A stretch of 60,672 nt of DNA, counting the filler, from Sphacelaria rigidula (Eukaryota): assembly GCA_964200075.2 (NCBI GenBank). It is 8 parts of 8 records of this genome, joined end to end, with 100 filler letters (N's around TTAATTAATTAA, not from the genome) between each part and the next. Parts side by side here need not be neighbours in the genome. Positions count along the whole stretch, not along the records: positions 15,195 to 22,691 come from CAXNAA020014649.1; positions 22,792 to 30,288 come from CAXNAA020014650.1; positions 30,389 to 37,884 come from CAXNAA020014651.1; 5 more parts are not named here. The stretch is one strand, 5' to 3'. Below, piece after piece: positions 22,681 through 34,900 of the stretch. Under the pieces are notes generated by a model. The model ran no database searches. It saw only the letters and a list, made by a program, of their open reading frames with translations, and was not told where the DNA came from. A program made the position numbers and the translations under genes. Numbering within the stretch: the first letter of the stretch is position 1; each line of letters starts with the position of its first letter.

Positions 22681-25205
22681 CCCTTAGCCCGNNNNNNNNN
22701 NNNNNNNNNNNNNNNNNNNNNNNNNNNNNNNNNNNTTAATTAATTAANNNNNNNNNNNNNNNNNNNNNNNNNNNNNNNNNNNNNNNNNNNNCCGGCTTTG
22801 TAGGGATGCGAGGCCAACGGTCATATGACTGCGGGATGCACGATCATGAATACACTCCCCCATAACAGCAGGATTCCCCCCCTTGTCTTGGGCGCAAAAA
22901 ACGTACGACGAATCCAGTCCTTGTGTCGTAAATGGCCCGTCTAGTATTAAAAACAATCATCACCATTCCAACGGCACGGCCATATGAATGGAATTCGTTC
23001 CCACCAGCGCTCGCCGCGGAGCGAAGTGTGTCCAGGTTGATCCAGCCTACAAAGTACCGAGGAGGAACCGAAGGTTGAGTAGCAGAGCGAGCCTTGACTC
23101 GTACAACCTGGTTACATGTCGACCATAATATTACTGAGAATATAGCGTTTGTGGATGATGGCTCTAGGATGAAGGGGATGGTACCTTTTCTCCCTGGAAC
23201 CATACCCCTCCCCCGGCTGATTATTGTTTCGGTCAAAAAAAGATTCCCCACAGTTGTTCCCAAGACGAATACAAATTTCTCGCAGTCCAGGCAGCACCCA
23301 GGCATATGTGGGTACAGTATATACTACGTCTCTTTCCTGGATGATGAATTAGTACAACTGCGATATCGTGGGAAGCAACACAGTAGCATGCGTACAGTAG
23401 CTTCCCCACGTTCTCAATTTGAACGTTCTGGGGGAATGGCTCCAGGAAAATATCGTGATGTCTCCCCTCCCCCCTGGTATGATACAGTGACTACCACCGT
23501 CATGGGTTCAGCCACCTCACTAACCTTTGAATGCCTTATACACTATGCTGAGAAATTTTCAGGGCTGCGGAAGAAGGAGAGAACTTGCTTCAAGTTGAAG
23601 CACGTGCGAGAGCAGCTATGGAGGAGTTGTTGGACGAAGGACATGACTTGAACCTTGTTGCTAGTCATGGGAGGTGAGGAGATATATCTGTTATTATTGT
23701 GATCGTGTTCCAATATGGTACAGAGGGATCTTCATAACGGGCCTGTTTTATTTCCCATAATCGCCAAATTTTTCGTTGTTTTTTTTTAATTCCAGAAAGT
23801 GTGAGGGTAGATTTCTCAACCAGATCAGGCAAGGAATAAATCAATTTCAGACTCATTACAGATTTCTTCGATAATCTACGAGTAGCTCCGGAAATTTTTC
23901 TAGGAGAAGTCGGGAATATATTCATATATGTATATATATGCGGAAGCAGTCAAGATAATCTGGAAACATCGCCCTGTTAACAAGACCCCTTAGGGGTGGT
24001 CGTGTTCCAACACGGTTATGGTACAGGTCCCGGTAGTGAGCTTGTTGGCGAGAATATACCACAGTACAACCGTGGGCATCTCTGGTAGCCTGTAGGGAAC
24101 GGTGCGGCAGCCTAATGATCGATTGACCGATAGATCCAATGGTTGATTGTCGCAAGTTCACTGATCCGTCAAGAATACAGTCGTGGCCATTAGATAGAAT
24201 ATGGACGTATCCATGCAAAATAAACGGTAAGACTCGCTGAAGGGCAACTCGAGATATGGGACAGACGAAGAATAAAAGAGACCGTAAACCGAGCATGCTG
24301 AACAGTCTATACGTGAAAAACAATCCTTAAATACACTGCTGTTTCACGCTTCTTCAGAGTGATCCTAGTACTGGTCATGTTCCTACTACGACTACCAATG
24401 AGAGTGGTCATGCTCCAATACCGCCACGACGGTGCTGATCGAACAGGGGGCCTTACCTCCTGCAGATCATGACCCCTCCCCCAACCCTCCCTTCCCTCGA
24501 CGGCTCTTGATAACGAGGAAAAACTTGAAAAGCCGACCAGAAATCCGAGGGCTACAGTACTTACTATCTTCATGATTTTTTGGGTGGTACCCCCCGTCAA
24601 AACAGGTGTACCCCCACCCCCCACCAGGCCATCCCCATGGCGAGCTTTACTTCAATTGAGTTGTCCACTGGCCTGCAGTCGGCAGAACCCCTTGGTACAG
24701 AAGTTGATGTCGCTATTACCTCCGGTATCTCGGGGCTACAACCCCTAGAATCAGTGTACCCTCCTCAGGCAAAACTCTTCCTAACACGGAGCGGGTGGGT
24801 CGCGGCCTGCCGTTGGGTGGAACCCTTGGGTTGGATATTGAGACAGCGTCACCTCTGCTTTTTTTTGTTCCAAGGTCGTTCGAAGGATGCTGTGGTAAAC
24901 GCCTCTTTCCCGAACCCCTTCGGCCCGTACTCTCCCTTCTTTTCCCCACACCCACCCGTCCCTGTGCACAGAACTCTGCGCATATTGTTGCTATCGCTGG
25001 CGGGCTTGGGTCTGGACCAGATGACCCGCATGGGCAAAATTCCGAATACAGGACTCTACATCATCGAGGCTCGGCGCTCACAGCCCGGAGCTCCCAGATC
25101 GTACCGGCTGCTTACCCCCACGTCTTCGCAATAAGAAAGTTAATGCTCATGAGTCGGAGCTAAGAAACTCAGAGACTAGCGATGCGGAAAGGAAGGGTCG
25201 ACAGT

Positions 25206-25447
25206 TTCTACGATAGCCCCCTCCCGAAACCAGCCCAAAAGTGTCACAAAAAAAATGGCCATACAGCGCCTGATGTTTAGGTTCAGGCTGCTTGAAGCGC
25301 CTCATGTTGGTTACATTGGCGAGAACGAACCCAAGCGTGGGAATTCCCAGCTGCTCGTTGTGCTCGGCTTTTTCCATTTTGATTTACCTGAAGATTTTGC
25401 CTCCCAAAACCATGCATTTTTTTTGGGGGGGGGGGCTATCGTAGAAA
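25206..25447. mobile_element. MITE-like element with 17-bp inverted termini
   Basis: TTTCTACGATAGCCCCC ... GGGGGCTATCGTAGAAA; TSD not resolved. Confidence 0.6.
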
Positions 25448-28400
25448 GCATCGGTCGCGCAGTGAATTTACCTGGGCGATGTGATCTGGTTGCCCTGAAT
25501 CTTCAATGTTGGCCCATCTCTCGTATATTTACCCCATCTCTCGGTGTGTCGGCGTGTGTGTGCTTGTGGTGCGTGCGTACGTTCATAGGTGCAAGAGTTC
25601 ATGTTCGTGTCTGTTTGTCTATATGTGCGTGTCTGGTGTGTGTGATATAATGTTTAAGGTACGGGTACGAAAAAAGGAGAGCGTCCTATACTACGTGAAT
25701 CTTCTTCACTGGCACATATTACCCATAGATACCAGTATAGGTTGTAGACGCTTCCACCTTTATTCACGGGCAGTTTTAAGATTTAATCATTTAAAAAAGA
25801 GCATCGCCCGCCTCTCGCTTTTTTGTTTGCCCTCCTATGCAGACTAGATAAAGTACTCTGCTGCGAGCAAAACCTGCTAACCCTTTTTGAGCGTTGACCA
25901 ACATTATTAGGTATATGTCTTGGTACCAGCAAAAATGATCGGAGAGCATCCGGTGGGAATTAATAATGAAGATAATTTTACCCTGTGTTGTTCAATTGCG
26001 GAAGTTTGGGCACATGAATCCGAGACGAATCCCCTCTTTATTGTGTAGTGAAGTGCGACTTGTCGGAGTGCTCGGTTGTTGTCCCCATAGCTGCGGCTGT
26101 ACTACCTTTCGTGACGGGTACACTTCCTCCGTGCCATTTTTAAAGTTCGTCATGTGTATGTAGCTCGCACCTGTCCGACGGAGGTTCTTCCGAGGCGAAA
26201 GCTAGGTTTGTTGGAAAGGTATAGTTCTGGAGATGCCTAAGGAATAAAAACAGAAAGTCTGTTTCTTTATTTACACAACAGTTTCGGATCAGAGTTGACC
26301 TAGTTTTAGCCACTCCAAATCTCATTTTTGTCAAAGTCTGCCAGCTTTCGTCATTTTGGTGCTGGACAAAGAGTGATGACGTAACCAAGTGGATTCAGAC
26401 GAGGCGCCGTTAGCCGCTGTACAAGAAGTAGGCTAAAACGACGACTTTTTGGCGTTTTCCGAGACGTCATCATCAGGGTTTTCCATTTCTTTTGCCCCCA
26501 GAAGAGTAGGAGCGAAAACCTGACCGTTTTGGGCGTGACTGTTTCGTTTTAGGGTGTTTCGACAAATGGGGGAAATATAAACTGTGAACAAGAAGGATTT
26601 AGATAAAAAACATAAGAAAAGTCACGACTAAAACGGAACCTCGAATCGGGCACGGTTAAGAACCTGTGTGACCAAAACAAACGGACTTTACTTTTGGCAC
26701 AGAGGAAGTATGAAATGACTACACAAGAGGCAGAGTGGAAAAAAAGGGCGAGGAAGAATATGCCCATTGTTAATCCTTGTAACCTCAGTAAGGTAGGGAA
26801 GGCCCGAAGTTCAGGCGGGTGCCAGAGGTCGCGACGTTTTGATCCCGCCTTTTTGCTGGGCATGCTGAGCATGTGACAAGCGCTTGATTGCACGTTGAGT
26901 AGTGGCACATATGACCGTGCTCGCGCATGTAACAGAGTAGTACAGTAGTCGTTGCGCATGGTTGGATAGTCCATCTGCCATATGGGTGCTCGGCTTCGCT
27001 GTTGGAGCGAGGATGCCTATTATTGACGCTGTTAGAGTAGCATGCTAGCTTAAGCAGTAGAGGTATCACGAGATGGTGCCGAGAGCAAAATGAAACCTTA
27101 CCACAGAGGGAAGAAAGAAAAGAGCGACGCAATCGCAATCGTCAAACCCTGGAACTTGATGCCAGGGAGGCTAAAGTAACGGGGGAGCAACAGCTACATC
27201 AGTGGGACAGCCACAAGTGCCATTTTCCCGTTCTCACAGAAACACAGTCAAATGTTAACGCATCCGAACCCACGCTACCTCTGTCAAATATTATAACCCG
27301 CCGTTATCGTGTTACGTGTGCATTGATGCATGTAACGATCTTCATTGAAACGGATTATTGAGTCAAGCACTGTGATGATTCGTATGTGAAAATACAGCAC
27401 TAATGCGACCTCAACCGCACGCCATGGTTGGTGCGATACTTGTGGTGTTCGGGCTCAAGCCGTGAAGCGCGCCCCAAAGCTGCGTCAAGTTTCCGCTACA
27501 TTATCTCAAAACACAATTCCCCGCAATCTCGAACCATATACTAGATTATCTAATAGCTCATGTGCCTAGCAGATCGGCCCTATGGTAGAATCCAGTTAGC
27601 AAAAAGAAGTATATCTCAACATCTTGAGCTCCACCACACCACATACGCCGGAAATAGAACGCGCATTCGGATGGACACTCATTTCTTCATCAACCCATGG
27701 GTTTCTTGCCCTTCTGACCCGCAGTCAGAGGATCCAACCAGGGTCAACAAGAAATTCGGAATCTTAATGAGGATGGTGCACATGTGAGCCGAAGACTCGC
27801 CGGAGGCGATATTTACAATATATATTTATATATATATATATATATGGGTTTTCTCCCCGTCAAGGTGCTCCAAAAATCGATCAAGATAGGTTGTAATAGC
27901 TCCTTTTTAGCCTATTCATTGGCGTATTGCCTGCATTAGAAGGGTTTTGTAGAGTGATCAATAGCGATAGGCACGTAAAAAGATCCAAAGTGTCCCGAAA
28001 AGCCCCGAACGAAGAAACAGCCCCAATTTTGTCTTCGTGCGTGCCGGCGGAAAGCACATTCGCATATTTTTTTTCGCATACAGCGAGAAATATGCGACGC
28101 ACCCTCTCCCTCCCCTCCTTTTTTCGCGGCAAGCCGCAAATACTCCTCCGAAAAATGGGCGCTGGGCGTGATTCAAGCTCACAACGTGAGCTGGCGCACA
28201 TGCGCACGCGCTTTTTTTCAACCCTGAATCCAACGAGTGCACAGGGATAAAATCCTTCCCTTTCGTACAAACCCAGAGCCGGGGGAAAACCTACATCTCT
28301 TGAGCGAACACAAAACGCAAAAATCGAGAATGGACCATGAGAACATTGATTCACTACACGCGACACTCCGACATCTCGACTTAACGAGGAGGCCCGAAGC

Positions 28401-29086
28401 ACCCAACTTTTACCGGATCATGACAATCGGTGCCATACATTTACCGCGATTTTCACGCAGAAGAGTACATCGCACATGTGTGTGTTTCCAAGGCATATGC
28501 AACTTATAGGCAACTTCGTTTCATCCGGGTAACTTCAGATTTGGTGTGGTACACCCTTACAGAGCTATCAAGCAGCACCCATTTCCCCCGCCTCCATAAC
28601 ATGCACGTCTCGGTGGAAGACCTCTAGGCGCAACTGACGTCCTCCAAATCAGAATCCCGACATGAAATCCCGATTAGCACATGACACACACGCGCGTGGC
28701 AATCGTGCTGTCGGGATTGGCGGCCGTAGCTGGCCGTTTGCTTCCGAATCAAGTGGCACACATCACGTTCAACGCGGAACGTCAAAAGCACCACACACCC
28801 ACTTACAAAAACGAGCACGCCTAGATGTGGAAACCACCAGCACTTCCCGGCTTTAACCTGTGACGCAAAACGCATGAACGGAGACCCAACACACTACTTC
28901 CGAAAAACGCCAACGGCCTACTCGGGAGCCCAGAAAAGAACACGAGACAAGAAGACGCGGGCGCGCACGCGTGTGGGCATCCCTGTTCAGTGGGCCCAAC
29001 GCTTCCTCTTGTATGCATAACCTCGACCTCTCGAAGCTCAAACTCTCGAAAAATAATTCGACACACAAGAGACACTAGACCTGACT

Positions 29087-29767
29087 TTACTCCGTGCCCG
29101 CCATCGCCGCCGCTATGCTTTCACAGTCACCGCTATCGCTGTCACTGCCATCATCATCATCATCATCATCATCATCACTCTCGCGGCTAACACCAACATG
29201 ACCACCGCCATCCCCCTTATCTTCGTCATTATCATGACCATCGTCGTCATCGTCGTCATCGTCATCACCATCATCGCTACCATCACGTTCACCATCCTCC
29301 TCCTCTTCCTGGCCGAAAGCACTGGAAGCCACGACCTCCAACATATCAAACTCTTTCTCAAAGAAGGGGAACATCATTAGCCACCACACCAAGTCTTCGA
29401 GAGTCATAAGCCCACCCTCTTGCTTGTCATCACCTATTCCATCGTCCTTACCCCCCCCGGCGGGCGCAGCATCGGCGGAACTAGATACTACTACTACGGT
29501 CGATTTCGTGGTTCCATTTCTCCCCGTCGATCTAGCGGCGGTGTCGGCACCTTTCCGCTCTCCATCATGTGCATCTTCTATGTCATCTGCGTCTGAATCG
29601 GAATCCGATTCATCCGTTGATGATTGGGGGACGTGTATGCCAAGGGCTTGCCCGATCTTACCCAGGGCTTCGCCGTCTACATCGCACTCGAACGCATCGT
29701 CTTGGTCGGGGCCGCTCATGCGTTCTGCAGGGTGGCGAGACATCAGGCACGCGCAGCAGGAATATCG
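29087..29767 (-). CDS. Terminal exon of an acidic (Asp-rich) hypothetical protein
   Basis: Pyrimidine tract plus CAG acceptor at 29769-29768 in frame with the 218-aa ORF; coding (GAT/GAC)n tracts; hydrophobic core LEDLVWWLMMFPFFEKEFD; TAA at 29089-29087. Confidence 0.75.
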   Translation of the reverse strand, partial: RYSCCACLMSRHPAERMSGPDQDDAFECDVDGEALGKIGQALGIHVPQSSTDESDSDSDADDIEDAHDGERKGADTAARSTGRNGTTKSTVVVVSSSADAAPAGGGKDDGIGDDKQEGGLMTLEDLVWWLMMFPFFEKEFDMLEVVASSAFGQEEEEDGERDGSDDGDDDDDDDDDGHDNDEDKGDGGGHVGVSRESDDDDDDDDDGSDSDSGDCESIAAAMAGTE

Positions 29768-31908
29768 CTGAGGGGAGTGAAAATAAAGATAAGGCCGCGC
29801 GAACGATGAGCAGAGGGGCGGGAAAAAACTACAGCGCTAAAACACACACACACACATACTGCACGTGGGGAGTGAGCGCTCAAGTCGATCTACCCGGGCA
29901 TTAGTGCTAGCCGTACATGAATACTGCATACTCTTCTCTTTCGCATTTGCTGCCTGTACATGTAGAGTACATGGTATGCTGTTGTCTGTCTAGCTGGTAA
30001 TATACATCTCAAAACCGGTTGGGGCGGAGTCAGGGGGTTTGATTTACGGAAGATACAACACACAACACGATACTTTTTTCCTTCTCCGACTTTTCTAATT
30101 TCCGGTGTTGGAAACATGAGAACGTTAGTAGAAAAAGAAGATATGATGAAAACAAGTTGGACGCGGCGCGAGAATGTTTGATCATGATTCAATCCGCAAC
30201 ACCAAGCTGTCGGACATTTATCGGGGGGGGGGGGGGGGGGGGGGGGGGGTTATTTTTTTTCTTTTGTCTTTTATTTTTTCGTTTGTTGNNNNNNNNNNNN
30301 NNNNNNNNNNNNNNNNNNNNNNNNNNNNNNNNTTAATTAATTAANNNNNNNNNNNNNNNNNNNNNNNNNNNNNNNNNNNNNNNNNNNNCGGGCAATCAGG
30401 CAGAAGAAATCGTGAATTTGGTGATTTTGAGTCGTGATGATTTGTCCTAACCGTGGACTAATGGTTAGGGTTGGGGTCAGGGTGAGAGTTATTCGAAACC
30501 ATAGATTCCGGAGAAAGTTACACGCCTACCAAGTGGTGAACCAAGCTCTCAGTATGGTGTGCGAAAAAATCTCAGATGGGAACTCAACGAGCCTGAAACA
30601 AACTAGGCCTAAACGCCACCTTGGACGTGCACATAAAGCATCAAGCATCATATTATTATAAGCAGCAACACAGCAACACCATCAACCCTGCAAGATGTGG
30701 CTCCTTTCAGCTGGCAACGAAGCAGCGCTTATGCGTTCTCGCATTACACCAAAGAACAACCGTTTGTCACCACTACTACTGTGCACCGTTTCACACGAAT
30801 ACATTTCTCATATCTTTGTGGTCGGCTAAAAGATGCACGCTCACGTTAGACAGCGCGGTAGTAATCCTGATAGTACCACTGTTACACACACGGCGCAGTA
30901 GTACAATGCTGTGCTACTAGCAGACCCGAAAGAAGGCAACATCATGCGGAGTGCAGTACATGATATAAGGCAGTGGTTGACCTCCAGGTGGTCAGTCGAC
31001 ATCCATGCAGCAATGATCTCCGCGCAGGAAATGCTACCACCAGTACGCAGTCTACCTCGAGTCCACTCCCATACTCGATATATGTACAGTACTACTCTCT
31101 GTGCCGTGTCTTCATCAGATGGTACAACACAGCACTGCAATTTGCATGAGTTACTGGTGTCTGTCAATACTTCGAAACTGGCATAGATCAAGACACACCT
31201 TAGCTTGCTGTTGGTAATGCACAATGGGCTGCTAGACGTACCTGGTCTGTTCAACAATGCGCGAGAGGCACCAGATGCGCTTGGTATTCCAAATGATGCG
31301 GAGCGATTGTTCCGCACACTCTCAACCCGTTACAAAAGGTCATTTACCAAAATCACGAAGTAGTACTACAGTACTCTGACTGTAGGATGTCCCCCTATGC
31401 ACGCGATTCCTGAGCAATTTATCACATCATGTCGTAAGTCTTCACTACGGCAAAATCTACACATTTCGAAGCAGTACATGCCTGCGGTTGAAGTAGATTC
31501 TCACTGAATGCAGACAACATATAATGACGAAGTCAATTTGGTAGCGAAAAACGTCTTCATTTCGAAGTGTTTCTACTGGTTCGTCCAAACGAGCTTTCTC
31601 TCCAGGTTGCGGGTTTGAAACATGAATGTCAAACGAATGTGAAGATGACACAAGAATAACCGGCGGCCCTTCTCGCGGTTGCGACGAGCTGGTGCCCCCT
31701 GGTACCACGTCGTGCTTCCCCGGTCTGTGGTAGAATGCTGCTTCCAAACCTGAGCATCAATCCAATCTAGAGAAGTTGGCGCAGTTTTGCAACACAGAAA
31801 GGTCCTTGTTTGCGATATTGTAGTCTTCGTTTGCAGAGTCAACCACCACGCCCGGAGGGCGTACACCTGATCGTCATCTGATTGTAGGACCTTCACCACA
31901 TCCAAGTC

Positions 31909-34900
31909 ATGCTGACCGCGGCGACAGCAGCGTTGGCCCGCCGCAGTGGCGCAGCCCGTAGTGCTACTGCACGCATAGCCAGCGGTAGATCCAGGAGACG
32001 GCTTCTTTCTGATAACGGTTGTGGTGTTCGATCGGTGCAGGCATCCGCACGTCTTCTCGAGAGCTTGCAGTCACATCATGTTTCACCAGCCGACAGTGGT
32101 CCGGCCTCGTCCAGTCCCGACGACAGCGGCAATAGCGCAACGCGGCATGGCGGCGGCGGGCGGCGGCTCGGCGGGTTTGGAACTCCTGATAATAGTACTG
32201 GACGCATCTCGAAGGTAATAGGGCATGAAAAAGACGAATATTGCACGTCAAGATCAACGGCAAACTACGAAAGTCAAGGACACCGCGGCGACCGAAGTCC
32301 CCCCGGCGGGGACAAGGGGCGGAGGGATAGGCGACGAAGATCACAGCAACAACGTGGCACAGGACGCTACAAGAAGAGCAACAGCGGTAACGATAGCAAC
32401 AGCATTAGGAGTAGCGGAGGAGGTTATGATGGAAGGTATAGCAAACGAAAGGACGATGTTGATGATGGTGATGGTCATCATTATTACGGCAGGGGCGGTC
32501 CTACGGGTGACGAGGTTTATGACGATGGCGATGTGTATCCAGGTGCAGTGTTCACGCGATATCGCGGCGGCGGTGGTAGCGACGAACGAGATAGCCACAT
32601 TCAAAGCGGACAGTTTCCGCACCAGTACCACCGGGAGCATTCCCAGGGCCCACAGGGAAAATACAGAAGAAGGGAACGAGGAGGCGGGAGGAGCAGGAGA
32701 CCTCCGCCGCATTACAGGCCTAACGAAGCTAAGACGGCGAGCATTGAGTACGTCGAGAACATGACGGCGTTGGGCAAGAATGGACAGTGGTTCAAGGCAA
32801 AGTGTGCCTATGAGGCGGCGACGGGCGGCGGGGCGGAGATGAGCATGTATATGTTTAACGCTACGGTGTCGGCGCTCGCGAAGAGTGGGCGGTGGAGTGA
32901 GGGTCTTGCTGTCATGGAGGATATGAAAAAAGCCGGACATTCGCCTGATGTTTACACCTACAACTCAATCATACAGGTGCCCTCCCCTCTCCTCTATAGT
33001 TTCAAGCGTGTTACGCCAATATCTATGTGTGCTTCGTGTGTTTGCTATTATGCTCACCTGCCCAACCCCATCACACAAGGTTTGGTGCATTCCGTCGACG
33101 TTTTCACAACAATGCTATAATCATAATTGGTCTGCGGGTATGACACGGTACAGTAGAGAGAATAAAACGTGCTGTGAGAGGTCGCTACGGACGTTGCTGC
33201 TATCGTTATTAGAGCATCAAAGGCAGCATCAATAGATTCCTGATGCCCAATCCTGCGAGCGTTGAACACCACACGACTCTTCCGGCGAGACCCCAACTAC
33301 CACCACTTACGTGAAGAAAATATCACCCACACCGCGGGGGCGGGGGGGGCATTCTGTGCATTCGTGCTTCACAGGCATGCGCAAAAGGCGGAGAAGGCGA
33401 ACGCGCGCTGGCCCTCTTTGACGACATGCGGTTCCGCGGCGTAATGGCAGACGCCTTCACGTACAACCACCTCGTCACTGCCTGCAAAGATGGTTCATGG
33501 GAGCGAGCGCTGGATTTGGTTCGGCAGCTGGATGAAGCGCATCTCGAGGTGTCCTCGGTGACGTTCAATGGGGTCATCGTGGCCTGTGGTAACGGCGGAC
33601 AATTGAACAAGGCGCTTGGCGTTTTGCAGGTGGGTTGTTTTCATTGCCTCGTCCGGAACGCGTTGCACCACGGTCGAGTAATTGCTTCGTTTCGCAGACC
33701 AGGCTTTTATTCCCCGTGCTCTACAGAAGGTGCGGTGCGACTCAGCGAACTGGAAAGGTAATTCACTGTCATGTTCGTTTCCCGCGGTAGTGCTGTTTTG
33801 AAGGCGTGCTCGCTCGTCACTGTGATGAATCCGGGAAACATCTTGCAGCTTGTTGTACAAGGTGTCTTCACGTGGTAGACGCACGTGCGTGGTATTCACA
33901 TTCGTGCAATGACTGTACATGAAGCGATAAAGGTACCATCTAGACGATCTCCACGCTATTTTGACACGTGAGCATGCACTGGATTCTGGTTTCCCCCGCC
34001 GGTAATGCCTGCGGATCTTCGGTTTGCATTACGCAGCGTACACTCTTATCGATATCATTTTATGTTTCCCGTAGTCCGCCTGCATGGTTAGATAGAGGAC
34101 TCCATTTCCCGAAAGCACACAAAACGTGTCGCTGCGTGATTTCTGCCTTCATCCTATCAATCTCTGTTTGTGTGAGGGCCTTCAAGCTCCGATCACTTGC
34201 GGTTATCAAGCACATCAAAATGTCATCTCTTTATTGACAAATTTACCAGGGGCAATACTATCATTTCATCGATCAGCAGAAAAATAAGCGTGTTCAAGGG
34301 TTTTGTTTGTGATGATTGTTCTCGATGACCTCTGGCTGCACTAGGAAATGCGCCAACGGGGCGTCATGCTCACGGAAGGCACCTTCGCGGCGGCAATCTC
34401 GGCGTGTGGGAAAGCCGGACAATGGGAGCGGGCTATCTCGTTGCTGGATGAAATGCCAAAAGATGATCTTGTGCCCAACAGCTACTGCTACAACGCGGCG
34501 ATACAAGGTACAAAACGATGCGCCATAGCGAATCCATTTCGGAGACGGTTCCACACCCTTCATCTGCACCTCTTTTTTCGCGTAGGCATCCGTCACCCGT
34601 ACTGAACCGGCGGTTGTCGGGTCGGATGTCGGCAGATAGCAACAACGATGCATACCCCCTTCCACGCTGTAGCCCATCTGTTGGCACCTCCTTTCGCCCC
34701 ATCGCCATCCCTAACGATATACGCTGAAGTAACAACGGTAAGAAAATAGTGAAGTCACCAGACAAAACCGCAGCAGACCCACATCACGCGTAGTATAACA
34801 AATATTTCTTCAATTTCACCCCTGTTGACTGATCACTATACCTCCCCCCCTCCCCTGCTCCGTTTTTTAGTGGCTGCGATGCCTATGGTCTCTCGACTTA

